DNA of 64,000 nt, from the NCBI RefSeq assembly GCF_056712565.1, contig NZ_CM160072.1; one strand, 5' to 3'. Positions within the stretch are counted from its first letter, which is position 1. Each line of letters starts with the position of its first letter. Both the position numbers and the translations under genes were made by a program. Below the pieces are notes generated by a model. The model was given only the letters and a program-made list of their open reading frames with translations. It was not told the DNA's origin and made no database searches. Below, one piece after another: positions 1-9,907 of the stretch.

Positions 1-748
1 CGCGATCGGTGTTCTGCACCATGTGCAACGGCACCCGGAACAGACGACAGATTTCTTCAAGCTGAAACTTGCGGGTTTCCAGGAACTGGCTGTCCTCGGC
101 GTTCAGCGCCATCGACTTCCAGTCCAGCCCCATCTCAAGGATCATCGGGCGGTGAGCATTACCAAGCCCGGTGTGACGCTCCTCAAAATCTTTCTTCAGG
201 CGCTCGTAAGCCTGATCTGACAGCGTCTGCTCTGTACGCAACACACCCGACGTCACCGCACCATTGCTGAACAGTCTGGCCCCGTGCTCTTCGGTCGCAG
301 CTGCCAGCGATATTGCCTCGCGGGCATAGGCGATGGGATTCAGCCCCACCAGACCGTCCAGCGTCAGCGTGCGCACATGCCAGATATCTTCCTGGCTCAG
401 CACATCCGTGGAGCCGTCCGAGAATGTGACCTGATAGACCGGCTCCCAGCTACTGTTAAGCTTCGGTACCACACAGCCAGGATCGACGGGCAGCAGTTCA
501 GCCACTTCGCCAAATGCTTTCACTTTGTAGGCGTAAAAGTTTCCCCGCAGGCACAGACAGGTGACCACCAGCTCCCAGAACTCCTGCGGCGTCATATAGC
601 CATTGGGATGCGTGGAGATCAGCTTATGCAGACGTTCGCCGGTGGCCCTCTGTTTCAGGCTGCCGTTCAGGTGATACAGATTGCAGGGCAACATCCCGAC
701 CGACTCTGCCAGCACCCTGACGCAGGAAAAAACCGCCGTCAGTCGCAT
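1..748 (-). CDS. Phage portal-like protein, partial (3' end beyond window start)
   Basis: Minus-strand reading frame opening at ATG 748..746; I hand-translated the first ~50 codons (MRLTAVFSCVRVLAESVGMLPCNLYHLNGSLKQRATGERLHKLISTHPN...) without a stop. Sits immediately downstream of terminase large subunit, the usual portal position. Family assignment is positional inference only. Confidence 0.4.
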   Translation of the reverse strand, partial: MRLTAVFSCVRVLAESVGMLPCNLYHLNGSLKQRATGERLHKLISTHPNGYMTPQEFWELVVTCLCLRGNFYAYKVKAFGEVAELLPVDPGCVVPKLNSSWEPVYQVTFSDGSTDVLSQEDIWHVRTLTLDGLVGLNPIAYAREAISLAAATEEHGARLFSNGAVTSGVLRTEQTLSDQAYERLKKDFEERHTGLGNAHRPMILEMGLDWKSMALNAEDSQFLETRKFQLEEICRLFRVPLHMVQNTDR

Positions 749-873
749 GGCCCGCTGGCTGCTGATCTGCTTTCCGGTATAGGTGTCGTATGACAGCCCG
801 ATAGCCTCCGCCAGCTCTGCTGGCGTGGTCACCGGCGCGTCACTTTTTCGTTGAAATAATCCCGAAAAGAACA

Positions 874-1056
874 CTATTTACCTCCGCCGACAGACAGCTG
901 TGTACGATCGAGATATCGCGCCACCAGCCACGACCAGAACAGGCACAGCGCCCCGGCAACAACAAAACCCGCCGGGGGATAAATCAGCCAGGCACCATAT
1001 GCCAGCAAAAGCGCACCCAGCACGCCCACCAGAGGCGCGAGAATCAGCATGATCAT
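874..1056 (-). CDS. Small hydrophobic protein (60 aa) between terminase and portal-like ORF
   Basis: ORF-track translation is almost entirely hydrophobic (two predicted TM segments); same strand as flanking structural genes. Confidence 0.3.
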   Translation of the reverse strand: MIMLILAPLVGVLGALLLAYGAWLIYPPAGFVVAGALCLFWSWLVARYLDRTQLSVGGGK

Positions 1057-1067
1057 AATTACCTCAG

Positions 1068-2801
1068 TTAAAGCGAGCGGATCCCGTAGGACTCAATGTG
1101 GTCAGACAGCGTGTCTTCTTTCTCGTACAACATGGCTCTGCCAACCGCCATAATCAGCGCAACTGCACCATCGATTTTGTTTTCCGCCTGCTCTTTGACG
1201 GGTTTCACCACATCATCGTTACCCGGAATGGTTTTGCCGACCACGTTGCCGATACACCAGGTCATGATGGGATTGCCATCATGATGAAAGCGCCCCGATT
1301 CAATTGCCGCTTCCAGCTCTTTCATCGGGTCGGACATGTTGGTGTAGTTCTGAATGATAGTGATGGGGTTCAGGTCTTCATCAGCAAGGTCATGTGACAA
1401 CCCGGTCGCCCCGAAGGGGTCGATGGGTGACTCACTGACCGGGCTGATTTTGTTCGCCGCTTTGGCCTCCTCGAGGATGTAGCGATAATCCACCTCCGCA
1501 CCATCGGTAACGGTCAGAACGCCCATTTCCACCCATTTCTGAAAGCGTTCGGCTGTCCGTCGATCTTCATTTTTCTCGACGCTGTACACCGTGTCATACG
1601 GTACCCAGAAACGCGGGGCCACACTGTAGTAATGCGTTTTACCGTCAATCTCGCGGGTATAAAGTCGCGCCATGCTGTTCATATCCAGCTTACGCGCCAG
1701 GTCAAAGGCCAGAATGCACGGCTGCCCCTCGAACTGCTCAAGGGTCAGTGATTTATCCTCGCAGCTCTGCCAGCTCACCAGGTTGAAATACGCCGAACGC
1801 GCCGACACCCAGATATTGAGGTGTTTTGTTTTAAAGACGTTTGCCAGACGGGCGTTATTTTTCGCACGCTGCTGCTGACTTAACAAAAATTCGCGATAAA
1901 CCGACACGCCAATATTTGGATTGGCTTTTTCCAGCACCTGCGGGTCGGTCCAGTCGTCACCTTCATCAACGGTATAGATGATCCCGAACAGTTCATCGTT
2001 AGGCACCGAGCCATTGAGCATCTCGATGACTTCCCGCCGCTTGTCGTAGCACGGCCCCTCAATGTTGTACCCGGCGGTGGTGATAGCCCACATCAGTGGC
2101 TGACGTCGCGCCCCCATCCCGGTAAGCATCGTGGTGTAAAGCGCATCGGTGGCGTGCTCGTGATATTCATCCACCACCGCACAGTGGGGTGATGAACCAT
2201 CACCGGGGTTACCGATCAGCGGTTCAAACCGCGCGCCATCCTCCGGACGGTTCATGTTTGAGGCGTTAACCTCAATCCCGAACGCTTCCGTCAGCATGGG
2301 TGTGCGTTTACACATCAGTCGAGCCGGGCGAAAGACTTCCCACGCCTGTTTCTCTGTCGTGGCACCGGAATACACTTCCGCGCCAAACTCGTTATCACAG
2401 GCAAAACAATACAGGGCAACACCGGCAGAGATTGCCGATTTGCCGTTCTTACGGGGGATTTCGGTATACACCTCCCGGAAGCGGCGCAGCCGGGAGCCTT
2501 TATTGACCCAGCCAAACGCGCAGCAGATCACAAAGAGCTGCCACGGCTCCAGCGTGATGGGCATCCTCTTAAATGCCCACTCACCCTTGGTGTGCGGCAA
2601 CAGCTGAATAAATTTGGCGGCCCGTTCAGCCAGGTCCTTGTCGAAGCGGTAACGAAACGACTTACTTTTTTCCGCCATCAGGTCATCAAGATGGCGCTGG
2701 CAGGCCTGAATCACAAACTGGCAGGCCACAATCTTTCCGCGCACGACATCCCGGGCATACTGATTGGCAGCATTTACGTTGGGGTAAGATTTCCGGCTCA
2801 T
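1068..2801 (-). CDS. Phage terminase large subunit
   Basis: 577-aa ORF with the characteristic size and ATPase/nuclease organisation of lambdoid terminase large subunits; preceded by small subunit and HNH endonuclease. Confidence 0.85.
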   Translation of the reverse strand: MSRKSYPNVNAANQYARDVVRGKIVACQFVIQACQRHLDDLMAEKSKSFRYRFDKDLAERAAKFIQLLPHTKGEWAFKRMPITLEPWQLFVICCAFGWVNKGSRLRRFREVYTEIPRKNGKSAISAGVALYCFACDNEFGAEVYSGATTEKQAWEVFRPARLMCKRTPMLTEAFGIEVNASNMNRPEDGARFEPLIGNPGDGSSPHCAVVDEYHEHATDALYTTMLTGMGARRQPLMWAITTAGYNIEGPCYDKRREVIEMLNGSVPNDELFGIIYTVDEGDDWTDPQVLEKANPNIGVSVYREFLLSQQQRAKNNARLANVFKTKHLNIWVSARSAYFNLVSWQSCEDKSLTLEQFEGQPCILAFDLARKLDMNSMARLYTREIDGKTHYYSVAPRFWVPYDTVYSVEKNEDRRTAERFQKWVEMGVLTVTDGAEVDYRYILEEAKAANKISPVSESPIDPFGATGLSHDLADEDLNPITIIQNYTNMSDPMKELEAAIESGRFHHDGNPIMTWCIGNVVGKTIPGNDDVVKPVKEQAENKIDGAVALIMAVGRAMLYEKEDTLSDHIESYGIRSL

Positions 2802-3301
2802 GATTCGATGATTTTCAGAAACGGGTTAGTGGCTTTCTTCTGCCCCGCCAGGCCAATCAGACGCTGACGGCTGCTGGGGTCGAGTCCGAGCATTGCCCCC
2901 GTGCTGCTCATCTCGGACTCCTGTTCTTTTTTGGCTGTCAGCTCCGGATTTTTGACCCTGCCGCCCATTGCGCCGGTGATGGTATTGCCCTGTATGGCAA
3001 TATTTTTCACAGCACGTAGCCAGAACTCATAGGCCACGCACCACCGCTCAAGCACCGCGAGGTCAGTCACGCACAGCAGGCCCTGACCGCAGAGTTCTTT
3101 GGTTGTCAGTTGCCACATGATCGTGGCGAGAGGGAGATCTTCTTCAGCGAACCACTCCGGTGGCTCAACACCTTTGATGGGCGTAAAAACAGGTTCATCT
3201 TTGTTCAGGGCTCGCTTGCCGGGGTTTCCGGCCAGCGCCTTGCGCGCCGTTGGCTTGGGGCGACGCCCGGAACGCCCCGCCGTTCCAGCCATATGCGGCA
3301 C
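2798..3301 (-). CDS. Phage terminase small subunit (P27-like)
   Basis: 167-aa basic protein directly upstream of and overlapping the large subunit by 4 bp. Confidence 0.7.
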   Translation of the reverse strand: MPHMAGTAGRSGRRPKPTARKALAGNPGKRALNKDEPVFTPIKGVEPPEWFAEEDLPLATIMWQLTTKELCGQGLLCVTDLAVLERWCVAYEFWLRAVKNIAIQGNTITGAMGGRVKNPELTAKKEQESEMSSTGAMLGLDPSSRQRLIGLAGQKKATNPFLKIIES

Positions 3302-3417
3302 TCCTGGTTAAATTTCATTTTTCGCGGGTATAAAAAAACGATGGGGCGGGCAGTCCGGAAGACGTCAGGTCACAGGGATTTGACCCGCCCCTCCCCTCAG
3401 AAAGTTGAGAATTATTA

Positions 3418-3768
3418 TCACTTCAGTCGTTCACGGGCCGTCTTCGCCTTATGACACGGCCAGCACAGGCTCTGCAGATTGCAGTCTGCATCAGTGCCGC
3501 CATGCGCTTTAGGGATGATGTGGTCAACGGTTTTCGCCTCACGCACCACACCGACATGCAGGCACAACTGACACAGGCCTTTGTCACGCTTCAGCACGCG
3601 CGCGCGGATAACATCCCACTTCGAACCGTAGCCGCGCTGGTGACGGGATTGTCCTGGCTTGTATTGTTTCCAGCCTTCGCTTTTGTGGCTTTCACAATAG
3701 CCTGACGGATCAGTGGTGGTTTGGCGGCAGCCGCGAACGCGGCAGGCTTTTGGGGTTCGTGGGGGCAT
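3418..3768 (-). CDS. HNH endonuclease (terminase-associated)
   Basis: 116 aa with cysteine-rich zinc-finger pairs (CRVRGCR, CQLCLH, CWPCH) and DHIIPKAHGG HNH motif; canonical position upstream of terminase genes. Confidence 0.85.
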   Translation of the reverse strand: MPPRTPKACRVRGCRQTTTDPSGYCESHKSEGWKQYKPGQSRHQRGYGSKWDVIRARVLKRDKGLCQLCLHVGVVREAKTVDHIIPKAHGGTDADCNLQSLCWPCHKAKTARERLK

Positions 3769-3870
3769 TTAAAGTGGGATCTAACTCTAATAATTTAAAA
3801 AATTTAATTGGGTCTTGATATTAATCACATAGACTCAATGCTCTTTAGTTCTTACATAGGTGGTTGTATT

Positions 3871-4311
3871 ATGAGTATCCCCAGTTTAGATGTTCATAAA
3901 GTTGTTAAGTGCGCAGAGCATAAAAAGGCTTTAGATGCAATATCTCTCAAACTTAAGAATAACATTATTGACTCAAGCTCTGAATACGATTTTCTTGGCG
4001 ACACAATAATTTTCAATAAAGATAAAAAAAATAGGTTAACCCTCAAACTTTCAACATATGAACTAGAACTTATTTTCAAAGAAACACTGCTAGTCATTGA
4101 TGAAGCTCCTGTATTGAAGTTTGCTGCCATTGACCCAACCGATGAAAATAACAACGAGCTGATTGATTTATTTTTATCCAAAGGTGGATTTATTTATATT
4201 AGAGAATACAAATCCGAGCCACATTATGAGTATGGCGACACTTCTCTATTTTTACATATACTTGACGCTACTCTTAAAGAGCTTAAATCTGCAAACAAAA
4301 TATCCTATTAA
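3871..4311 (+). CDS. Hypothetical protein, AT-rich moron
   Basis: ORF 3808..4311; likely start ATG 3871 (MSIPSLDV...) preceded by AGGTGG. Very low GC versus flanking phage genes, opposite strand to the structural/lysis genes, no recognisable motif. Confidence 0.45.
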   Translation: MSIPSLDVHKVVKCAEHKKALDAISLKLKNNIIDSSSEYDFLGDTIIFNKDKKNRLTLKLSTYELELIFKETLLVIDEAPVLKFAAIDPTDENNNELIDLFLSKGGFIYIREYKSEPHYEYGDTSLFLHILDATLKELKSANKISY

Positions 4312-4417
4312 ATAAATTTTTGCTAACATAGCCCCGCGCCATGACAAGATTTTCTGTTCTAGATGCAAGGGCTATGTGTGAATATCTATAAACAAAAACC
4401 CCATCCGGTGATTTTTG

Positions 4418-4669
4418 TCATTTTTTAGCCATCTCAATTGCGGCATCAAAAAGTCGTTCAAGAATAAAATCAGGGTACTGTAATTTTTCTTGCTCGATAT
4501 GAAGCTCATAAATTTTCCCTTCCCACTCCCATTTAAAATTAAATCCAGAAGCAGAAGGTGCGAAATGTGTTTTAGCTTTAGGGTTAGCGTAACCAGCAAC
4601 AGTCAACACATCAAACTTAAAATCTTGAGGTTTAATACGCATAATCATATCCTTTGCCAAGTTCATCAT
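4418..4669 (-). CDS. Hypothetical small protein (83 aa), AT-rich moron
   Basis: Intact ORF in the same low-GC island, convergent with 3871..4311; no recognisable domain. Confidence 0.35.
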   Translation of the reverse strand: MMNLAKDMIMRIKPQDFKFDVLTVAGYANPKAKTHFAPSASGFNFKWEWEGKIYELHIEQEKLQYPDFILERLFDAAIEMAKK

Positions 4670-4739
4670 TATTCTTCGCGATTATAAAACAATGAATAAA
4701 ATCATTAAAGCATAGACGTTAAATATCCTCAAAATGTGA

Positions 4740-5177
4740 TTAGTTGGGACATTGCGTCCTGATATACTCCTGCAAGTAATTGACCTGTGAGGTTATCTTG
4801 TCGATTCCACTTCGGAGACGGTAATAATGGAGTTCAGCATCTGCTGTAAGTCTAGGGCTTTCTCCATCGCCCATGCCGCTGGCTCCGGTCGTTGACTTTG
4901 TACAGGTGGCGGCGACTTGCAGGCGCTTATGCCCAGCAGAAACATCAGCACGAAGACTTTCGATAGTCGCATTAGCATCAGCAAGCTCCTTTGTATATCT
5001 GGCATCGAGTTCAGCTACATTACGTTGACGCTTCTGCATATCAGCGATGATGGATGTGGCTTTATCGCGCTGTACTTTGTAGACGATGGCGTCATCACGG
5101 TAATTATCAACAGCCCATGACAAGCAGACGATGATGCAGATAACCAGAGCGGATATAATCACCGTTACTCTGCTCAT
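4740..5177 (-). CDS. Rz-like i-spanin
   Basis: 145 aa with N-terminal TM anchor then coiled-coil-like periplasmic region; overlaps and follows the lysozyme gene; contains an embedded Rz1 frame. Confidence 0.75.
   Translation of the reverse strand: MSRVTVIISALVICIIVCLSWAVDNYRDDAIVYKVQRDKATSIIADMQKRQRNVAELDARYTKELADANATIESLRADVSAGHKRLQVAATCTKSTTGASGMGDGESPRLTADAELHYYRLRSGIDKITSQVNYLQEYIRTQCPN
4793..4972 (-). CDS. Rz1-like o-spanin lipoprotein, embedded in Rz in another frame
   Basis: Internal start [18 protein letters not shown] gives a signal peptide with lipobox (ISAC) followed by a proline-rich segment ([14 protein letters not shown]), as in lambda Rz1. Confidence 0.6.
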   Translation of the reverse strand: MRLSKVFVLMFLLGISACKSPPPVQSQRPEPAAWAMEKALDLQQMLNSIITVSEVESTR

Positions 5178-5650
5178 ACCTGAATCTCTTTGACCGTTCC
5201 GCCGGCTTCTTTGAATTTTGCAATCAGGCTGTCAGCCTTATGCTCAAACTGACCATAACCAGCTCCCGGCAGTGAAGCCCAGATATTGCTGCAACGGTCG
5301 ATAGCCTGACGAATATCACCGCGATCAATCATCGGTAAAGCACCACGCTCTTTAATCTGCTGCAGTGCAACAGCATCCTGGCTTTTTGGAGAGAAGTCTT
5401 TCAGTCCAAGCTGTTTACGGTATGCATCCCACCAGCGGGAAAGAAGCTGGTAGCGCCCGGCAGCCGTTGATTTGAGTTTTGGGTTTAGCGTGACAAGTCT
5501 GCGAGGGTGATCGGAGTAATCAGTGAATATTTCTCCGCCCACAATGACGTCATAACCATGATTACGTGTCGGTTGTAGCCCATTATCCGTTCCTTCTGAC
5601 CAGGCCACCATATCGAGGAAAGCTTTACGCTGAGGATTAAGATTTTGCAT
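5174..5650 (-). CDS. Phage endolysin (lysozyme, T4/P21 R-like)
   Basis: 158 aa; N-terminus [24 protein letters not shown]...YDVIVGG is typical of lambdoid R lysozymes; sits between holin and spanin genes. Confidence 0.9.
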   Translation of the reverse strand: MQNLNPQRKAFLDMVAWSEGTDNGLQPTRNHGYDVIVGGEIFTDYSDHPRRLVTLNPKLKSTAAGRYQLLSRWWDAYRKQLGLKDFSPKSQDAVALQQIKERGALPMIDRGDIRQAIDRCSNIWASLPGAGYGQFEHKADSLIAKFKEAGGTVKEIQV

Positions 5651-5942
5651 TTTTCACCCCTGTCAGTCGTTCCCAGAAGTACGTCAGTGCAACCGAACCC
5701 ATCGCACCACTAATCCCCGCAGTTGCGAGAATCATGTAAATACTGAATCCACTTTCGATACTGATTAGGCCACCAATAACACCGGTGAATCCTGATACAA
5801 CTATCTGAGCGAGGGCATTTATCCAGCTCCACGTTGCTTTACTCTGCTTCACATCAATCAGGTAACGGACAAGCCCCCCCCAACCTGCGATGATCAGCAA
5901 AACAAGCCAGAACGCTCCGGCAAGATTCTCTTTTTCGTGCAT
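5637..5942 (-). CDS. Holin (alternative upstream start at 6041)
   Basis: Small multi-TM protein overlapping the lysozyme start; internal start MHEKENLAGAFWLVLLIIAGWGG... gives ~101 aa with about three TM helices. Confidence 0.55.
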   Translation of the reverse strand: MHEKENLAGAFWLVLLIIAGWGGLVRYLIDVKQSKATWSWINALAQIVVSGFTGVIGGLISIESGFSIYMILATAGISGAMGSVALTYFWERLTGVKNAKS

Positions 5943-6051
5943 ATGAATAGCCGCAGTTTCGCCTCCGACAGAAAATCGGAGCGTGAAATGATATGTTGAT
6001 TTATTATTAATTCGAAAATTACATTCTAATTCATCAGGCATTGATGATTTT

Positions 6052-6090
6052 ATAATAATAAAGGCCGTTCGTTACGGCCTTTATTATTGA
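6052..6090 (-). terminator. Hairpin terminator between the late-region moron and the holin
   Basis: Perfect stem AAAGGCCGT / ACGGCCTTT (6060..6082) with 5-nt loop, flanked by A/T runs. Confidence 0.5.
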
Positions 6091-6093
6091 TAT

Positions 6094-6429
6094 TTATTTT
6101 ACATCCCAAGGTAGTTCCTCAAGAGAGAAGACTAATTCATTATCAATAATTTCGTATTCTGCATAACCTTCAACCTCTCCTGAGAAGTTATTGTCAACGC
6201 ATCCTTCATAATAGCTATATGGTGCTATAAAGTGAAACCCATATTCATCTATCTCTGTGATTTCAAAATTGTAGTAATCGTAAGAATATCGAATATCATC
6301 ATCAGAAATAGAACTAAGTACATAGTTATTAAATTTATCGGAATGCTTAACGATAAGTTCTGACAACGCGTCAAGATTCTCTGGAGAGATATTTCCTAAC
6401 GGTAATCTGTACTCAACGGCATTAATCAT
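6094..6429 (-). CDS. Hypothetical acidic protein (111 aa), late-region moron
   Basis: Low-GC ORF rich in D/E/Y, bracketed by two terminator hairpins, between the Q antiterminator and the lysis cassette. Confidence 0.5.
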   Translation of the reverse strand: MINAVEYRLPLGNISPENLDALSELIVKHSDKFNNYVLSSISDDDIRYSYDYYNFEITEIDEYGFHFIAPYSYYEGCVDNNFSGEVEGYAEYEIIDNELVFSLEELPWDVK

Positions 6430-6477
6430 ACAACCTCCTTTTTAACTGATATGAGGTTATATAATGTGTTTCAGTAC

Positions 6478-6510
6478 AAGTAAATAAAAACCCGCTCAAC
6501 AGCGGGTTCG
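6478..6510 (-). terminator. tR'-like rho-independent terminator downstream of Q
   Basis: Minus-strand stem AACCCGCT-GTTG-AGCGGGTT followed by a U-rich tract; about 105 nt downstream of the Q stop, where lambdoid PR'/tR' lie. Confidence 0.5.
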
Positions 6511-6614
6511 TGAAAATTATCAACGGCAGACATACAAAGCCCATCGTTGAGAAAATCTTATCCATATTTTTTGAAAAATGCAAGCTTCATGTCACTATCT
6601 TCGGCGAAAATCAC

Positions 6615-7367
6615 TTATCTCGTCACCTTTCTCAATTGTGTTTCAGCATATGCTTCTTCCTGCCAGCACTTTGTTACTAGTTTATCAATTACGTCTGCAT
6701 ATCCTTTGTACCACTGATAATCAGTCAGGTCTGGAACCAGCTTCTGGACATGACGTCGTGCCAGTGTAGTCGGTAAACGGCTAAACCGGTTTCCATTGCA
6801 ACGCCCACAAGTCTTATAAACAGGCGTGCCATGAAGCCGGGTTCTTTTTTCATCCAGGACAATACCTTTACCCTTACACCCTCTGCACGCCGTGCTGACT
6901 TCTCCCTTGCCATGACAATGCTGACACAGTTCCTTCACCCACTCTTCTTTGATAACGGATTCCCCGCTTCTGGAATGTTTCACCACTTCGCGCAATACAT
7001 TATGAAATCCAGTACCAGTACAATGCTCACAGCGAGCCTTACTTGCCGCAGACCTGGAATAATCAGCAAAGGCAAAATTCACAAGGTAAGGGATGATCTG
7101 TAACCGGGTTTCTTCACTCAATTTGTTCAATGTCGGGTTATCCAGTGCCATCGCGTAATTGAGCAGGCCTTCAATCGCAAACTGAGGATCCTGAACACCA
7201 ACTTTTGCCAGGAATAAGGCAAACCCAAGCGGTGCTTTCGACTGCACCATCCCCTGCGCAGCCATTACATCCGTAATTGTTAAACCACCCGAGCCTGTCG
7301 CCGATGCGTCATCGCTCAATTTTGGAGATTTTGGGGAGTAATATTTCGGTAAGGCTTCAAGGTTCAT
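6615..7367 (-). CDS. Late-gene antitermination protein Q-like
   Basis: Multiple CxxC zinc-binding pairs (CEHCTGTG, CQHCHGKG, CRGCKGKG, CGRCNGN); located immediately upstream of tR' and the lysis cassette. Start may be 7409 or internal ATG 7367. Confidence 0.6.
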   Translation of the reverse strand: MNLEALPKYYSPKSPKLSDDASATGSGGLTITDVMAAQGMVQSKAPLGFALFLAKVGVQDPQFAIEGLLNYAMALDNPTLNKLSEETRLQIIPYLVNFAFADYSRSAASKARCEHCTGTGFHNVLREVVKHSRSGESVIKEEWVKELCQHCHGKGEVSTACRGCKGKGIVLDEKRTRLHGTPVYKTCGRCNGNRFSRLPTTLARRHVQKLVPDLTDYQWYKGYADVIDKLVTKCWQEEAYAETQLRKVTR

Positions 7368-7380
7368 GCTCGTTCTCCAC

Positions 7381-8376
7381 TTACACCAGTACGCCAATTG
7401 CCAGCGCACGATCGATAAAACGAAATATCAGCTCCAGCTGGGAGCCATACATCTCTTCAAATGCCACGGTATCCGCATGCAGCTCGTCGTGATGCTTTCT
7501 GCACAAAGGCAACACAAAAAGGTCATGCGCTTTTGTACCCATTCCACCCTGTCCGTGGCCTATCAGGTGGTGGGGATCATCAGCGGGCTTTCCACAACAT
7601 GCACACGACTGTGTCTTAACCCAGCGCGTGTACTTTTCATTAACCCAGCGGCGACGTTTTGGGCGTAACATAAAAGACTCCGGCGACTCCGGATCCACTT
7701 TCAGCGCCAGCACCTTTTTCGCCTTATCCTGGATGATGCTGGTGGCAGGAACCGAAGGCACAAGGTCACTTTCCCGGGTGACAGACGGCACAACAGGCTT
7801 CGGTAATCTCAGTGCCTTACGGGCTGCACTTTCCGGTAAGGCATCCGCCAGATCATTACGAACCAGCCACCAGCACAGTTCCGGCATTGTCACAACGTGA
7901 CTGTCATCAAAACCGAGATCCCGACGCACAACAGACAACACCCAGCGGGCACAGTTATCCGTTGCCATTGATTCCAGCCGTTCCGTGAACTGATCGCGAA
8001 GCAGGTTATCGCAGTGCCAGCACAGACGGATTGCGCCCGGCGCGTGTCGCATTGTGGTCATGTTCTCGCTGTGCCATCCGGAATGAGGCCACTGACAGCC
8101 CTTTTCACGAAGTAACCAGCTTTCAAGACATTCCACACCCCCCGCACGACGAATAACTGCCTCATTGCGGAACACGGCCCGAATGGCAGGATCATCCGCC
8201 AGCGGTTGTGATGCCGCCGGAACGGCACCACTGGCAAAAGATGAATAACGTTCCGGCTCAGGCTCCAGCAGGACACGCCCCTGCATAAACAGGGGCATCA
8301 GCTCTGAACCGGGCCTGAACAATACGATCCCCATACGCGGGGCAATTTCAGGGGTCAGTAGTGCTCTCACGGTCAC
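7381..8376 (-). CDS. DUF968-family protein (YdfU-like) with C-terminal HNH-like motif
   Basis: C-terminal CACCGKPADDPHHLIGHGQGGMGTKAHDLFVLPLCRKHHDELH resembles the zinc-finger/HNH signature of DUF968 proteins of E. coli lambdoid prophages. Confidence 0.6.
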   Translation of the reverse strand: MTVRALLTPEIAPRMGIVLFRPGSELMPLFMQGRVLLEPEPERYSSFASGAVPAASQPLADDPAIRAVFRNEAVIRRAGGVECLESWLLREKGCQWPHSGWHSENMTTMRHAPGAIRLCWHCDNLLRDQFTERLESMATDNCARWVLSVVRRDLGFDDSHVVTMPELCWWLVRNDLADALPESAARKALRLPKPVVPSVTRESDLVPSVPATSIIQDKAKKVLALKVDPESPESFMLRPKRRRWVNEKYTRWVKTQSCACCGKPADDPHHLIGHGQGGMGTKAHDLFVLPLCRKHHDELHADTVAFEEMYGSQLELIFRFIDRALAIGVLV

Positions 8377-8377
8377 C

Positions 8378-9175
8378 TCAATGAACGGTATCGAGCAGCT
8401 TTAACAGCTCAGGGAATCGGGATTCGAAGAAATGCGGCTGCGTCTCGCGCGGATTTGCAGGACTGGTGATGTTCTTGCCGAACATGCAGCCTTTCGCCGT
8501 CAGCGACCAGAATTTTTTGATGTTGTTAATCGCTGTACGGCTGTATCGTTCGCGCTGTTCGACGATCCCCAGCTTCGCCATCTGGTGATATGCCTGATTA
8601 GCCGTAAGGCGGATACCATACTGTTTCAGCAGTGCACTCAGCGACAGTGTCGGGCGACTTGAGCCATCAGGCGCGTCAGCAGGAGCATCAATGGCATAGC
8701 GCGGTGCCAGATTCGGTAAGCCAACAGCCTCCTGAAGCTTCTGACAGGCTCCAAGCACTGATGAGTTAGACAGGTTTAATTCCCGGCGCATAAAGTCCAG
8801 CAGGATCACGCCAGCCTGCATCTTGTCAGCAGCCTGCCCGGATAATTTTTCCGGTGTGCTGGTTACCATATCGAAAGTACGGATCACCTTCAGATGGAAT
8901 GACGGGCTTATCCACATTGCATAGGCATACACCAGTTCTTTGCAGACATACGTCCCCTGGTTATTTCCGCCACGAATAACGTTAACTGGCTCTATATTGA
9001 CCGAGTTGCAAATCTGCAACTCGCTTATTAAACGTTCAGTTTGCTCATTGCGGAGCCAGAATGCAGGCTTATGCTTATCCAGAGAACCGGCAGCCCTGTG
9101 CAGATCGTTCAGGCTGTAACGCCCATAAGCATCACGACGAACTTCAATACCATCAATAACCATCAGATTATTCAT
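8378..9175 (-). CDS. KilA-N domain protein
   Basis: N-terminus MNNLMVIDGIEVRRDAYGRYSLNDLHRAAGS...KPAFWLRNEQTERL is the KilA-N DNA-binding fold common in prophage early regions. Confidence 0.7.
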   Translation of the reverse strand: MNNLMVIDGIEVRRDAYGRYSLNDLHRAAGSLDKHKPAFWLRNEQTERLISELQICNSVNIEPVNVIRGGNNQGTYVCKELVYAYAMWISPSFHLKVIRTFDMVTSTPEKLSGQAADKMQAGVILLDFMRRELNLSNSSVLGACQKLQEAVGLPNLAPRYAIDAPADAPDGSSRPTLSLSALLKQYGIRLTANQAYHQMAKLGIVEQRERYSRTAINNIKKFWSLTAKGCMFGKNITSPANPRETQPHFFESRFPELLKLLDTVH

Positions 9176-9194
9176 ACTTCGTTTCTCCTCTTAA

Positions 9195-9584
9195 TCAGGC
9201 AGCTGCACCCGCCGTTTTCTCGTACTTACTGATAGTGATCTCGACCTTCCCTTCCGGGATAACCGGTCCCCACTCCACCAGCATTCTTTTCACCTGACTG
9301 TCGTCTTCCCACACACCCGCGTGGGTCAGGGCGTCAAACAGCGCCTTGTTATAGTTGTCCAGATCGCGGATCCGGTTATCCGGAGGAAACAACACGATCT
9401 CCACTGAAGCAGGTGCCGACGTTGGTTTTGGCAGACGACGTAACTGCTCAACTATTGCTGCACACGCCGCGCTCTGGAATTTGCGCCCCGCCGCGCTTAT
9501 CAGGCTCTTACCAGCAAACGCCCCTTTGTTGGGGTGTCGCCAGTACGTGTTCACGCTGGGCGGAAACGGCAGAATCAGCTTCAT
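9195..9584 (-). CDS. rusA: RusA-family Holliday junction resolvase
   Basis: 129 aa, MKLILPFPPSVNTYWRH...DLDNYNKALFDALTHAGVWEDDSQV matches the RusA signature. Confidence 0.85.
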   Translation of the reverse strand: MKLILPFPPSVNTYWRHPNKGAFAGKSLISAAGRKFQSAACAAIVEQLRRLPKPTSAPASVEIVLFPPDNRIRDLDNYNKALFDALTHAGVWEDDSQVKRMLVEWGPVIPEGKVEITISKYEKTAGAAA

Positions 9585-9907
9585 ACTTTCAGGCCCCTCT
9601 CATGTAACCAGTGGGCTGCACGCAGCCTGGCGTTTTCCTTACCGGCAAGCAGTGAGCGGATAATCCCGACCGCCTCGCTGTCGTCGTCCTTCACCGCGGT
9701 ATGAAGAGTGATACCCCGGGCCACGCCACGCTTTATCGTGATGACGCCTTTTTTCTCCAGTGCTCGAAGATGCTCCACCGCTGCATTCACTGAACGGTAT
9801 CCCAGCATGGTTGCCACCTCCTGATTGGTTGGCGGGAAGCCACGTTCTTTCTGATAAGAAATCAGCATATCCAGCACCTGCTGCTGGCATTGAGTTAACG
9901 TCGTCAT
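9581..9907 (-). CDS. LexA-type DNA-binding domain protein (no S24 peptidase domain)
   Basis: 108 aa resembling the LexA N-terminal winged-helix domain (LTQCQQQVLDMLISYQKERGFPPTNQEVATMLGYRSVNAAVEHLRALEKKGVI) but ending before any autocleavage domain. Confidence 0.5.
   Translation of the reverse strand: MTTLTQCQQQVLDMLISYQKERGFPPTNQEVATMLGYRSVNAAVEHLRALEKKGVITIKRGVARGITLHTAVKDDDSEAVGIIRSLLAGKENARLRAAHWLHERGLKV

Noticed and set aside
284-793. 169-aa plus-strand ORF at the window start
   Set aside because: Opposite strand to the portal-like reading frame and to all neighbouring structural genes; most likely a shadow of the minus-strand gene.
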